In this document: positions 16,416 to 24,261 of the stretch, piece by piece
How positions within the stretch are numbered: the stretch's first letter is position 1
How the letters are laid out: every line of letters starts with the position of its first letter
Source of the DNA: an uncultured Singulisphaera sp.
GTDB taxonomy: Bacteria > Planctomycetota > UBA1135 > UBA2386
Length of the DNA stretch: 40,923 bases
Direction of reading: 5' to 3'
Assembly: GCA_964514315.1 (NCBI GenBank)
Contig: CAZEQF010000001.1
Coordinates: 1 to 40,923, forward strand
Program-made: the position numbers and the translations under genes
The notes under the pieces: model-generated
Database searches by the model: none
The model's input: the letters and a program-made list of their open reading frames with translations, nothing else
What the model was told of the DNA's origin: nothing

Positions 16416-17764
16416 CGCTCGAACTCGCATGGGCGCTGGTCGCGCCGCTGTTGCTCGGAGCGCTCGTGTTGCGTGCGATCGGCGTGCGCGTTCGCGTGGA
16501 TTGGCTGTCGTGGTGCGCATGGGTGTGGCCGTGCGGTTGCTTCGTCCTCGCCGCATCGTTGTGGGCCGCGCTCGTCGCAGGCGCTCCGACGGATTGGTGG
16601 CCGGTCGTGCCGTTTCCGGTGGTTGCAGCGCTCGCGTGGATCGGATCGCGCGCGCGTGTGGCGGATCTCGTCGCCCAGGCTCCGCCGATGTCGCCTTGGC
16701 TGAAGGCGGCGCTCGTGTTCGCGGTGTCGCTCGCGGCGTTCCACTTCGTCGTCGCGTCGGGCTTCCCGTGCCTGCTCGGCGACGAAGCGAACCTCTGGGC
16801 GACGAAGGCCAAGTCGCTGTTCCTCGACTGGCCGATGGGCGAGTTCGCGCTCGCGCAGCGACTGTCGCCGCATCCTGACTATCCGTTGCTCAATCCGCTG
16901 CTGCAGGCGTGGGTCTATGCCGCGGTGGGCGAGGTAGTGCACTTCGAGAATCGCTGGTTGATCCTGCCGTTCGAGCTGTGTTCCGTGCTCGCTGTGGCTG
17001 CAGCTGTGCGTCGTCTCGTCGGCGACCGCGTCGCGGCGGCATTCGTCGTTGCGATGTGCCTGGAGCCGGAGCACGCGCACATGGCGATCACTGCGCATGC
17101 CGACGGCATGGTGGGCCTCGGCCTCGTGATGGCGCTGGACGGCTACCTGCGCGAACGCGAAGCGCCGCATCGCTCGCATCGCGCGATCGCTGCGCTGGGC
17201 GCTGCGTTCGCGCTCTGGAGCAAGAACGAGGCGACGATGTACGTCGGGCTCGCCGTGGCGGCCTTCGTGTTCGACGCGCTGCGTCGTCGCGAGATGCCCA
17301 GGCCCGGGGCAGCGGCGCCGTGGATGTTGTTGCCGGCGGGCGTGGCGATCTGCCAGATCGCGTGGAACCGCTGGTTCGGGTTGCAGAACGACCTGTTCGG
17401 CAAGGGCGGCCCCGAGGGCTCGGTGCCGGAGTTGTTCGTCGCGCAGTTCTCCGATCGCGCGCTGCCGGTGCTGAAGGCCGCCGCGTCCGTGCTGTTCGAT
17501 CCACGCCATCTGCAGTTCGTGCTGCTGCTGCCGATCCTCGCTCTCGCCTTCGCAAGGCGCGCAGCCTTGTCGCGCACGTTGTTCGCGTCGACGTGCGCGC
17601 TCGCGGGCTCGTTCGTCGTGCTGCACCTGATCTACATCGGCAGCTACCTCGTGCTGTCGTTCCACCTCGCGACCTCGCAGCTGCGCGTCCTCTACCAACT
17701 GACGCCTGCGGCGCTCGTGTGGGCCGCAGCGACGGCGCGCGAACTGCGGAACGGGCCGCGCTGA
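16412..17764 (+). CDS. Polytopic membrane protein, GT-C-fold glycosyltransferase-like (PMT_2/ArnT-like), 450 aa, GTG start
   Basis: This is only the last 450 codons of track ORF 14864..17764; the upstream part is antisense to the sulfatase. It begins (M)TLELAWALVAPLLLGALVL and has many hydrophobic spans. The loop motif LLGDEANLWATKAKSLF followed by HPDYPLLNPLLQAW matches the GT-C DE / HPPL-like pattern. Confidence 0.8.
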   Translation: MTLELAWALVAPLLLGALVLRAIGVRVRVDWLSWCAWVWPCGCFVLAASLWAALVAGAPTDWWPVVPFPVVAALAWIGSRARVADLVAQAPPMSPWLKAALVFAVSLAAFHFVVASGFPCLLGDEANLWATKAKSLFLDWPMGEFALAQRLSPHPDYPLLNPLLQAWVYAAVGEVVHFENRWLILPFELCSVLAVAAAVRRLVGDRVAAAFVVAMCLEPEHAHMAITAHADGMVGLGLVMALDGYLREREAPHRSHRAIAALGAAFALWSKNEATMYVGLAVAAFVFDALRRREMPRPGAAAPWMLLPAGVAICQIAWNRWFGLQNDLFGKGGPEGSVPELFVAQFSDRALPVLKAAASVLFDPRHLQFVLLLPILALAFARRAALSRTLFASTCALAGSFVVLHLIYIGSYLVLSFHLATSQLRVLYQLTPAALVWAAATARELRNGPR

Positions 17765-17767
17765 GCG

Positions 17768-18247
17768 ATGGGCGTCCGAAGAAGGCAGCCGGAACCCGAT
17801 CCACCGCCGCCGCCGAGGGCGATCGTCGTCGACGGCAGCAACGTGGTCGCGAGCGCCACGACCGGCGCGCAGCGTCGCATCGAGGATGCGCTCGCGTGGG
17901 CGCGCGCGTTCGCGCCGGCGTTGCCCGTCACGGTGTTCTTCGACACGGCGACGATGCGTTATCTCGGCGGCGAGCGCGAAGCTGCGCTGCTCGCGTGCGT
18001 GCGCGCTGCGGGAGCCGAGGCGCATGCCGTCGACGTGGCGGACCCGGCGTTGCTCGCGTTCGCCTACGAGCATCGCGCGTTGGCGCTCACGAACGATCGC
18101 TTCTGGGACTACGAGGATCTGCGCCGCGACGTGGTCCTGTTGCAGTTCGTCTGCGACCAGCGCGGCTTCCGCGTGCCGGACGAAGCGACGTGGTTCACGC
18201 CGTCGGGCGGCGCGCGGCGCGTCCGCGTCGACGCGCTGCGGCCGTAG
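17768..18247 (+). CDS. NYN / Zc3h12a-like PIN-fold ribonuclease domain protein, 159 aa
   Basis: ATG 17768 lies 3 nt after the upstream stop. RAIVVDGSNVV, VTVFFD and ADPALLAFAYEHRALALTNDRFWDY reproduce the acidic-residue pattern of Zc3h12a-type NYN RNases (DGSNV ... D ... (S/T)ND). Confidence 0.78.
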   Translation: MGVRRRQPEPDPPPPPRAIVVDGSNVVASATTGAQRRIEDALAWARAFAPALPVTVFFDTATMRYLGGEREAALLACVRAAGAEAHAVDVADPALLAFAYEHRALALTNDRFWDYEDLRRDVVLLQFVCDQRGFRVPDEATWFTPSGGARRVRVDALRP

Positions 18248-18270
18248 GCGACAATCCTTCGCGCATCGCG

Positions 18271-18963
18271 TCAGTCGCGCGCGAAGTAGAGCGCGTTGGT
18301 CTCCGGCTCTTCGAGCAGCGGGTTCTCGAACACGCAGTCCTCGACTTCGACCTTCGCGAACGCCGCGCGCAGTTGCGCCTCGAACGCGGCGCGGCGAGCG
18401 ACGTTGGTCCACAGCGCGAACACGCCGCCAGGCTTGAGCCAGCGCTTCGCGAGCCGCAGGTTCTGATCGGTGTAGAAGCCGACATGGCTCTCGCCGAGCA
18501 CGTCATCGGGCGCGTCGTCGATGTCGACTAGGATCGCGTCGTAGCGGCGCTCGGGCTCGCGGCACAGGCGCGCGAAGCAGTCGTCGACGACGAGGCGGCA
18601 ACGCGCGTCGGAGCACAGCTTCGGGCCGAGCGGCACGAGGCCGCGTTCGTGCCACGCGACGACTTCGGGCAGCAGTTCGACGACGTCGAGCGAACGCACG
18701 CGCGGATCGAGCAACGCCGCGTCGGCGGTGTGGCCGAGGCCGAGGCCGCCGACCATCACGTCAAGCGCGTTGCCCGCGACGCGCGCGAGCCCGCGACGCG
18801 CGAGTTCGCGTTCGCTGTCGGCGACGAGGCTCGACATCAGGAAGCGGCCGTCGAGCTTCACTTCGTAGACCCAAGTGTCGCCGAGCGTGACGGTGCGGCG
18901 CCGGCGCAGGATCAACTCGCCGAGTTGCGTGCCGCGCACGTCGAGCTCCTCGAACATCGCCAT
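18271..18963 (-). CDS. Spermidine-synthase-like SAM-dependent methyltransferase-fold protein, 230 aa
   Basis: Track ORF 18271..19149 trimmed to ATG 18963 (MAMFEELDVRGTQLGELILRRRR...). It carries VMVGGLGLGHTADAALL...VRSLDVVELLPEVVAW and YDAILVDIDDAP, as in SpeE-like class I MTase folds. The start lies 1 nt after the upstream stop. Confidence 0.85.
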   Translation of the reverse strand: MAMFEELDVRGTQLGELILRRRRTVTLGDTWVYEVKLDGRFLMSSLVADSERELARRGLARVAGNALDVMVGGLGLGHTADAALLDPRVRSLDVVELLPEVVAWHERGLVPLGPKLCSDARCRLVVDDCFARLCREPERRYDAILVDIDDAPDDVLGESHVGFYTDQNLRLAKRWLKPGGVFALWTNVARRAAFEAQLRAAFAKVEVEDCVFENPLLEEPETNALYFARD

Positions 18964-18964
18964 C

Positions 18965-20365
18965 TCAGCGAGGCTCCACGGCGTCGACGAACTCCACGAC
19001 GTATGCGTGCGCATTCGTCTTGCCGCCGTCGAAGCTCGCCTCGACGAGGTAGCGAGCGCCGGGCTCGACGCGAATCGAGCGCGCGCGGAACACCACGCAC
19101 GACGAGCTGCCGAAGCCTCCGCCCGCGACGTCGCAGTGGTCGAGCTCAAGCGGGCCGCTCGACGGCAGGTACTCGGCGTCGAGTTCGCGGATGGAGACCT
19201 TCAGCTCGTCCTTCTTCGGCGTCTTGCCGCGCACGATCGAGATCGAGAACGCGCGCCGCGCCGAGAACAGGTCCACGGGCGTGTAGCCACGCGGCGGGTA
19301 GTAGACGGAGTCGAGGCCCTTCTGCGCGCCGCCGCTCTCGTCGAACGACCACATCGCGTGGTAGTTGGCGTCGCTGCCGAAGCCCGTCTTGCGCATCGCC
19401 GGGTTGATGCACCAGCGGCGATGCCCGATGCGGTCGATGTTGGACGGGTCGCTGTCGTCCATGTAGCTGTCGACGGATCCCGTCAACGATCCGTTGACCG
19501 CGAGATTGCTGTGGCTCGCGCCGTCGTAGCCGAGCTGATAGCGCGCGTCGTCGAATCCGTCCGGCTTCTTCGGCGTGTGGTCGAGCCCGCCGAGCGCACG
19601 GCACACTTCGGATGCCGCGTCACAGCGCACGTTCCACTCGGGCACGAGCTGCATGCCTTGCCACGGCACGCCGACCAGCGCGCGGTAGGCCTGCAGCCTG
19701 CGCAGCGCGGCGGCGCGTTCGCCGGCACGCGGATCGTTCGCATCGAGCGACGTGGGCTTTGCGTCGAGGATCGCGCGCAGTTCGCGTTGCAGTTGCAGGC
19801 GCGGCACGGGGAACGGACGCATGCCGTCGAGTTCGACGATCTCGCCGAGCTTCCACGCCTGCTTGCTGAACGGCTTGCCGTCGACCGTGATCTTCACGTT
19901 GCCGTTCAGCAAGTCGTCCTTGTAGTCCGCGACCTTGCGACGGATGCCGGTCTCGTCCTCGAACGTCCACGCGCCGGTGCGCAGCCCCTGGCGGTAGCTG
20001 CCGGCGGAGAGCACTGCGCCGCCCGCATGCCATTCCTCGCAACGGCCGTGCAGCTGGTCTTGCTGGTAGTTGAGGAATCGGAGCTTCTTGCCCTGCTCGT
20101 CGAACTCCTTCCACGTGCCGTTCTTCTGCCCGTGCGCGTAGGTCGCGGACAGCGTCTTGGTCCCGTTCTGCGCGAACGTCTCGAGCAGTCCGTCTTCGCG
20201 CCCTTCTTCGTCGAGCGGCACGCGGAGCTTCACCTTGCCGTCGGGCCAGGTCTCGACGCGTTCGCTGCGAGGCGCGGGCGGGGCCGGCTCCTGCGCGCGC
20301 AAGGCCGCGACGCCGACGGCGAACGCGACGATCGGCGCGATGCAGCGTGCTTGGAGGCGGCTCAT
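18965..20365 (-). CDS. Exported MORN-repeat + CAP/SCP-like domain protein, 466 aa
   Basis: Track ORF 18965..20428 trimmed to ATG 20365 (MSRLQARCIAPIVAFAVGVAALRA/QEP; alternative ATG 20377). MORN-variant repeats are present (DGLLETFAQNGTKTLSATYAHGQKNGTWKEFDEQGK...GRCEEWHAGG...GLRTGAWTFED). The C-terminal part has IGHRRWCINPAMRKTGFG, as in CAP/SCP (YkwD-like) domains. Confidence 0.85.
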   Translation of the reverse strand: MSRLQARCIAPIVAFAVGVAALRAQEPAPPAPRSERVETWPDGKVKLRVPLDEEGREDGLLETFAQNGTKTLSATYAHGQKNGTWKEFDEQGKKLRFLNYQQDQLHGRCEEWHAGGAVLSAGSYRQGLRTGAWTFEDETGIRRKVADYKDDLLNGNVKITVDGKPFSKQAWKLGEIVELDGMRPFPVPRLQLQRELRAILDAKPTSLDANDPRAGERAAALRRLQAYRALVGVPWQGMQLVPEWNVRCDAASEVCRALGGLDHTPKKPDGFDDARYQLGYDGASHSNLAVNGSLTGSVDSYMDDSDPSNIDRIGHRRWCINPAMRKTGFGSDANYHAMWSFDESGGAQKGLDSVYYPPRGYTPVDLFSARRAFSISIVRGKTPKKDELKVSIRELDAEYLPSSGPLELDHCDVAGGGFGSSSCVVFRARSIRVEPGARYLVEASFDGGKTNAHAYVVEFVDAVEPR

Positions 20366-20436
20366 GGGGGCGAGCATGATCGCAGAGTGAACGCGGCGAC
20401 GGAAGGCGCGCGGCTCGCTTCGTCGCACTTCGCGCC

Positions 20437-22167
20437 ATGGCGGACGAAGCGTCGATGCGGCACGATCGCGCGGCGATGAGCGGCTCTGTCATGTCCGTGC
20501 TCGCTGCGCTGGAGCGCATGCGCCACGAGTTCTCGCCGGACGCGGCGGCGGTTCGCCTTCACCTCCTGCAGCGTCTCGAACGCGCGGCGTTGCCCGGCGC
20601 GAAGGCCGTGTCGCGGCTCCACGAGGCGCTCTGCTTCGTGCGCGCCTACCCCGACGACGAGGCCGTCCTGTTGCAGGCGTTGCGGATGTTGGACGGTTTC
20701 TCGCAGCGATCCGACCTGCGTCGCTTCGCGCGCGGGCTCGCGGACTCGGGCATCGCGGGCACGACGATCACGTATCCGTTCTTCGCGGCGACGGCGTTGC
20801 GCCTTGCAGAACGTTGGCCGCAGCAATTGACCATCTGCTGGGACGAGGACACGGTGGAAGCGCTCGACCGCCAGCTGCCGCTGCTGTCGCGATGGTCGGA
20901 GTCGGTTGCGATGGACGAACTGCCGCTCACGACGCGCGAGTGGATCGATGCGCAGAAGGGGCCGCACGCAGCCGACGGCGCCTACGTCGTGCGTCGCATG
21001 CATGCAGTGCACGGCGATCCGTTCGTGTTCGAGAAGGCGTTCGAGTCGTTGGGCCTGTGGATGACGCTTGCCCCGTCGGAGGACTCGCCGTCACGCACGA
21101 TTGCCGAGGCGCCGGTGGAGGAGATCACCTTCCAGCGCGGGCCGTTGCGCGCGCAGCGGCCGACGATGCCGAACGCGCTGCACGATCGCCCGCGCGCGGT
21201 GCGCCGCGTGCCGCCGAGCCTCGGCGCCGCCTACATCGAGCTCGCGCGCGACGCGATGGTCACGCGGCAGCGCGACCTCGATGCGTTCGCATACGGCGAT
21301 CCGCGTGACGTGCGCGTCGTCGACTGGGAGGACGGCCTGCAGTTCGTCGCGATCGGCTTGCAGCCGGACCGTCGGCTCCTGCTCGAAGCGGTGTATGCGT
21401 TCCTCACGCTGAAGAACGGCACGCCGATCGGCTACGTGCTCAACAGCGCGCTCTTCGGCTCCGCGGAGATCGCCTACAACGTGTTCGACGCGTTCCGCGG
21501 CGGCGAGGCCGGATGGATCTACGGCCGCGTGCTCGCGACCGTGCGCAGCCTGTTCGGCGTCGATTCCTACACGGTCTATCCCTATCAGCTAGGCGACGAC
21601 AACGAAGAGGCGCTGCAGAGCGGCGCGTGGTGGTTCTACCAGAAGCTCGGATTCCGCCCGCGTTCCGCCGCTGCGCTGCGGTTGATGAAGTCGGAGCTCG
21701 CGGCGATGCGCAGGAAGCCGAAGCATCGTTCGTCGATCGCGACGCTGCGCACGCTCGCCGCGGAGAACGTCTACTACCACGAAGGCGATGCTCGCGACGA
21801 CGTGATCGGCATGCTGCCGCTCGCGGGTTGCGGAATGGCTGCCGTCCGCTTGCTCGCGCAGCGTGGCGGTCCCGACCGCGAAGGCGCGGAGCGCGAATGT
21901 GCGGCGGTGCTGCAGCGCATCACCGGCGTGCGTTCGTTGCGTTCGCTGTCGGCCGACGAGCGGGTGTGGTTCCTGCGCTGGGCGCCGCTGGTCGCCGCGC
22001 TGCCGGATGTCGAGTCGTGGCCCGCGAAGGACCGCAAGGCGCTGCTCGACGTCATCCGCAAGAAGGCGGGGCGCAGCGAGTCGGACTTCGTGCGCGCGTT
22101 CGACAAGCACCGACGGTTGCGCAGTGCGATCGCGGCGCTCGCGCATGCCGAGGAGCAACGCTCGTGA
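20437..22167 (+). CDS. Cytoplasmic protein of unknown function, 576 aa, with a GNAT-like look in the C-terminal third
   Basis: Full track ORF with an ATG start, strong coding bias and no signal peptide. Only the segment ...LKNGTPIGYVLNS...FRGGEAGWIYGRVL...GAWWFYQKLGFRP resembles an acyl-CoA N-acyltransferase fold. The rest is unassigned. Confidence 0.8.
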   Translation: MADEASMRHDRAAMSGSVMSVLAALERMRHEFSPDAAAVRLHLLQRLERAALPGAKAVSRLHEALCFVRAYPDDEAVLLQALRMLDGFSQRSDLRRFARGLADSGIAGTTITYPFFAATALRLAERWPQQLTICWDEDTVEALDRQLPLLSRWSESVAMDELPLTTREWIDAQKGPHAADGAYVVRRMHAVHGDPFVFEKAFESLGLWMTLAPSEDSPSRTIAEAPVEEITFQRGPLRAQRPTMPNALHDRPRAVRRVPPSLGAAYIELARDAMVTRQRDLDAFAYGDPRDVRVVDWEDGLQFVAIGLQPDRRLLLEAVYAFLTLKNGTPIGYVLNSALFGSAEIAYNVFDAFRGGEAGWIYGRVLATVRSLFGVDSYTVYPYQLGDDNEEALQSGAWWFYQKLGFRPRSAAALRLMKSELAAMRRKPKHRSSIATLRTLAAENVYYHEGDARDDVIGMLPLAGCGMAAVRLLAQRGGPDREGAERECAAVLQRITGVRSLRSLSADERVWFLRWAPLVAALPDVESWPAKDRKALLDVIRKKAGRSESDFVRAFDKHRRLRSAIAALAHAEEQRS

Positions 22168-22934
22168 AGCCGATGCGCATCGTGAGCCTCGTGCCGAGCA
22201 CGACGGAGACCGTTTGCGCGTTCGGCGCCGGCGATCGACTCGTCGGATGCACGCGCTACTGCACGCATCCAGCGGGTGCGCTCGCCGAGGTCGCGCGCGT
22301 CGGCGGCACCAAGAACCCCAAGCGCGACGCGATCGCGCAGCTCGAGCCCGACCTCGTGCTGTGCAACGCGGAGGAGAATCGCGAAGAGGACATCGAGTGG
22401 CTGCGCGCCCGCGCGCCAGTTCTAGTGCAGACTCCGTGCACGGTCGCGGAGGCGGCGATGGCGCTCGAAGAGCTCGGGCGCGCGCTCGGTTGCGAGGACG
22501 AAGCCGCTCCGCACTGCGCGGCGCTTGCGCGCGAACTCGCGGTCGCGCCGCCGCAGCAGCGGCTGCGCGCGTTCTATGCGATCTGGAAGAAGCCGTGGAT
22601 GGGCGTCGGCCCTTCGACCTACCTCAGCGACGTGCTGCGGCTCGCGGGCTTCGACGCGGTGTGCGCCGACACGGCTGCGCGCTATCCGGAGGTCGCGGTG
22701 GAGCAGGTTGCGGAAGCACGGCCCGACGTGGTGCTGTTGCCCGACGAACCGTGGGTGTTCGACGAGGCGCAGTTGCGCGAACTCTCGGCTGCGGGCGCGT
22801 TCGGCGAAGCGAAGCTCGTCCTCTGCAGCGGCCGCGACTTCTGCTGGCACGGCGTGCACGCGGCGAAGGGTCTCGCCAGCGCGCGTGGGATCGCCCGCGC
22901 GCTTGCCCGCGAACGCGGGCACGGCGCAGGCTGA
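22164..22934 (+). CDS. Cobalamin/siderophore-type periplasmic-binding-protein fold (BtuF/TroA-like) protein without a signal peptide, about 256 aa
   Basis: Frame of track ORF 21513..22934. The start is either GTG 22164 (GTGA overlap with the upstream stop) or ATG 22173 (MRIVSLVPSTTETVCAFGAGDRLVGCTRYCTHP...). RIVSLxPSxTE and PDVVLLPDEPW are typical of the Peripla_BP_2 family. There is no N-terminal hydrophobic leader. Confidence 0.85.
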   Translation: MKPMRIVSLVPSTTETVCAFGAGDRLVGCTRYCTHPAGALAEVARVGGTKNPKRDAIAQLEPDLVLCNAEENREEDIEWLRARAPVLVQTPCTVAEAAMALEELGRALGCEDEAAPHCAALARELAVAPPQQRLRAFYAIWKKPWMGVGPSTYLSDVLRLAGFDAVCADTAARYPEVAVEQVAEARPDVVLLPDEPWVFDEAQLRELSAAGAFGEAKLVLCSGRDFCWHGVHAAKGLASARGIARALARERGHGAG

Positions 22935-22959
22935 CGAGGCGGCGGGCTGCGCCGCCTCG
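22935..22959. terminator. Stem-loop between convergent genes
   Basis: 10-bp perfect stem cgaggcggcg / cgccgcctcg with a 5-nt loop, immediately after stop 22934 and 10 nt before the stop of the minus-strand small ORF. Confidence 0.4.
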
Positions 22960-22968
22960 CGTGGCGGA

Positions 22969-23088
22969 TCAGCCCTTCGCGGCGCGGCGGCGCAGCAGGA
23001 CCATCGAGCCGGCGCCGATGGCGAGGCCGAGGGCGAAGGCGATCCAGACGATGGGCATCTCCAGCGGAGTCAGGTGGGCGAGCATCAT
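22969..23088 (-). CDS. Tentative small single-pass membrane protein, 39 aa
   Basis: Internal ATG of track ORF 22969..23268 gives MMLAHLTPLEMPIVWIAFALGLAIGAGSMVLLRRRAAKG, one TM helix with a basic tail. Nearly every codon ends in G/C. There is no homology claim. Confidence 0.45.
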   Translation of the reverse strand: MMLAHLTPLEMPIVWIAFALGLAIGAGSMVLLRRRAAKG

Positions 23089-23198
23089 GGCGCGAAGTTG
23101 TAGCGCGCCGCATGCGCGAGGAAAGGGCGCGCCGTGCGCCGCGCGCTGCGCGAATGGCTCCTGACTCCGCCGCGGCCGCGCACTACGGTTTGCCGTCG

Positions 23199-24224
23199 AT
23201 GTCGATCCGCTTCGCCGTCGCGTTCTCCGCCCTCTCGGTCCTTGCCGCAGCGTTCTCCGCGTGCGCATCGCCGGTCGCCGCGCGCCCGAGTTGGGCGATC
23301 GCGATCCACGGCGGCGCCGGGACGCTCGAGCGATCCGCTTCGATCGAGCAACAGCAAGAGCACCGCGTGGCGCTCGAGCGCGCGCTGCAGGCAGGCCGCG
23401 AGCGGCTCATGCGCGGCGAGTCCGCGGTCGACGTCGCCGAGGCCGTCGTTCGCGTGCTCGAAGACGATCCGCACTTCAACGCGGGCAAGGGCGCGGTGTT
23501 CAACGAGAAGGGCGAGCACGAGCTCGATGCGTCGATCATGGACGGTTCGACGATGGCATGCGGCGCGGTCGCCGGCGTGCGCACGGTCAAGAACCCAGTC
23601 TCCCTCGCGCGCCTCGTGATGGAGAAGACGAGGCACGTGTTGCTGATGGGCGACGGCGCGGAGCAGTTCGCCACGTTGGTCGGCGTCGAGCGCGTCGAGA
23701 ACACGTGGTTCGACACCGACTACCGTCGCAAGGTGCTCGAGGAAGTGCTGCAGGAGCGGAAGCTCAAGGGCTCGGCGCTCGGTGATGCGCGATCTGCGCC
23801 GCGCGACCCGCGCCACGACTACGGCACCGTCGGCTGCGTCGTGCGCGACCAGAACGGACGACTCGCCGCCGCGACGAGCACGGGCGGCCTCACCGGCAAG
23901 CGCTGGGGCCGCGTCGGCGACGCGCCGATCGTCGGCGCCGGCAACTACGCGGATTCGGTCGTCGCGGTCAGCGGCACGGGCACCGGCGAACAGTTCATCC
24001 GCCACACCGTCGCGCGTTCGATCGGCGCGCGTGTGCAGTTCGGCGGCCAGTCGCTCGACGAAGCGGCGAATGCGGTGGTGCACGGCGTGCTGAAGCCCGA
24101 CGACGGCGGCGTGATCGCGGTCGATCGCGAGGGCAACCTCGTTGCGGCCTACAACTCGACGGGCATGTATCGCGGCCTCGCGGACAGCAACGGCCGCTTC
24201 GAAGTCGCGATCTTCGAGAAGTGA
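23199..24224 (+). CDS. Isoaspartyl peptidase / L-asparaginase (Ntn-hydrolase, asparaginase_2 family), probable lipoprotein, 341 aa
   Basis: Track ORF 23112..24224 trimmed to ATG 23199 (MSIRFAVAFSALSVLAAAFSAC, lipobox-like). It carries AIAIHGGAGT, HFNAGKGAV, the autoprocessing site DYGTVGCV, and STGGLTGKRWGRVGDAPIVGAG. Confidence 0.92.
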   Translation: MSIRFAVAFSALSVLAAAFSACASPVAARPSWAIAIHGGAGTLERSASIEQQQEHRVALERALQAGRERLMRGESAVDVAEAVVRVLEDDPHFNAGKGAVFNEKGEHELDASIMDGSTMACGAVAGVRTVKNPVSLARLVMEKTRHVLLMGDGAEQFATLVGVERVENTWFDTDYRRKVLEEVLQERKLKGSALGDARSAPRDPRHDYGTVGCVVRDQNGRLAAATSTGGLTGKRWGRVGDAPIVGAGNYADSVVAVSGTGTGEQFIRHTVARSIGARVQFGGQSLDEAANAVVHGVLKPDDGGVIAVDREGNLVAAYNSTGMYRGLADSNGRFEVAIFEK

Positions 24225-24261
24225 CGCGCGGCGAAGTTCGCGAACGAGCTGGAACGAAACC

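Noticed and set aside
18965-20365. Reading the MORN-repeat protein as a YwqK-type antitoxin of a toxin-antitoxin pair.
   Set aside because: It carries a signal peptide and a CAP/SCP-like domain, so it is exported. No toxin-like neighbour is present.
18875-20479. Long shadow ORFs 18875..20479 (+), 23085..24653 (-), 23995..25317 (-), 24660..26138 (-), 27971..29413 (-), 30602..32164 (-), 30800..32647 (+), 32227..34068 (+), 33996..35231 (+), 35207..36304 (+) and 35655..36998 (-).
   Set aside because: Each one is antisense to, or out of frame with, a gene that has clear family motifs. Their compositions are Arg/Ala/Pro/His-rich and lack the third-position G/C bias of the accepted frames.
21513-22173. 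A cobalamin riboswitch upstream of the BtuF-like gene; also a SAM riboswitch upstream of the PLP Cys/Met gene (32578-32713).
   Set aside because: The BtuF-like start overlaps the preceding coding region, leaving no leader. The 136-nt region before 32714 is a divergent promoter region in which I could not recognise any conserved riboswitch core by eye.
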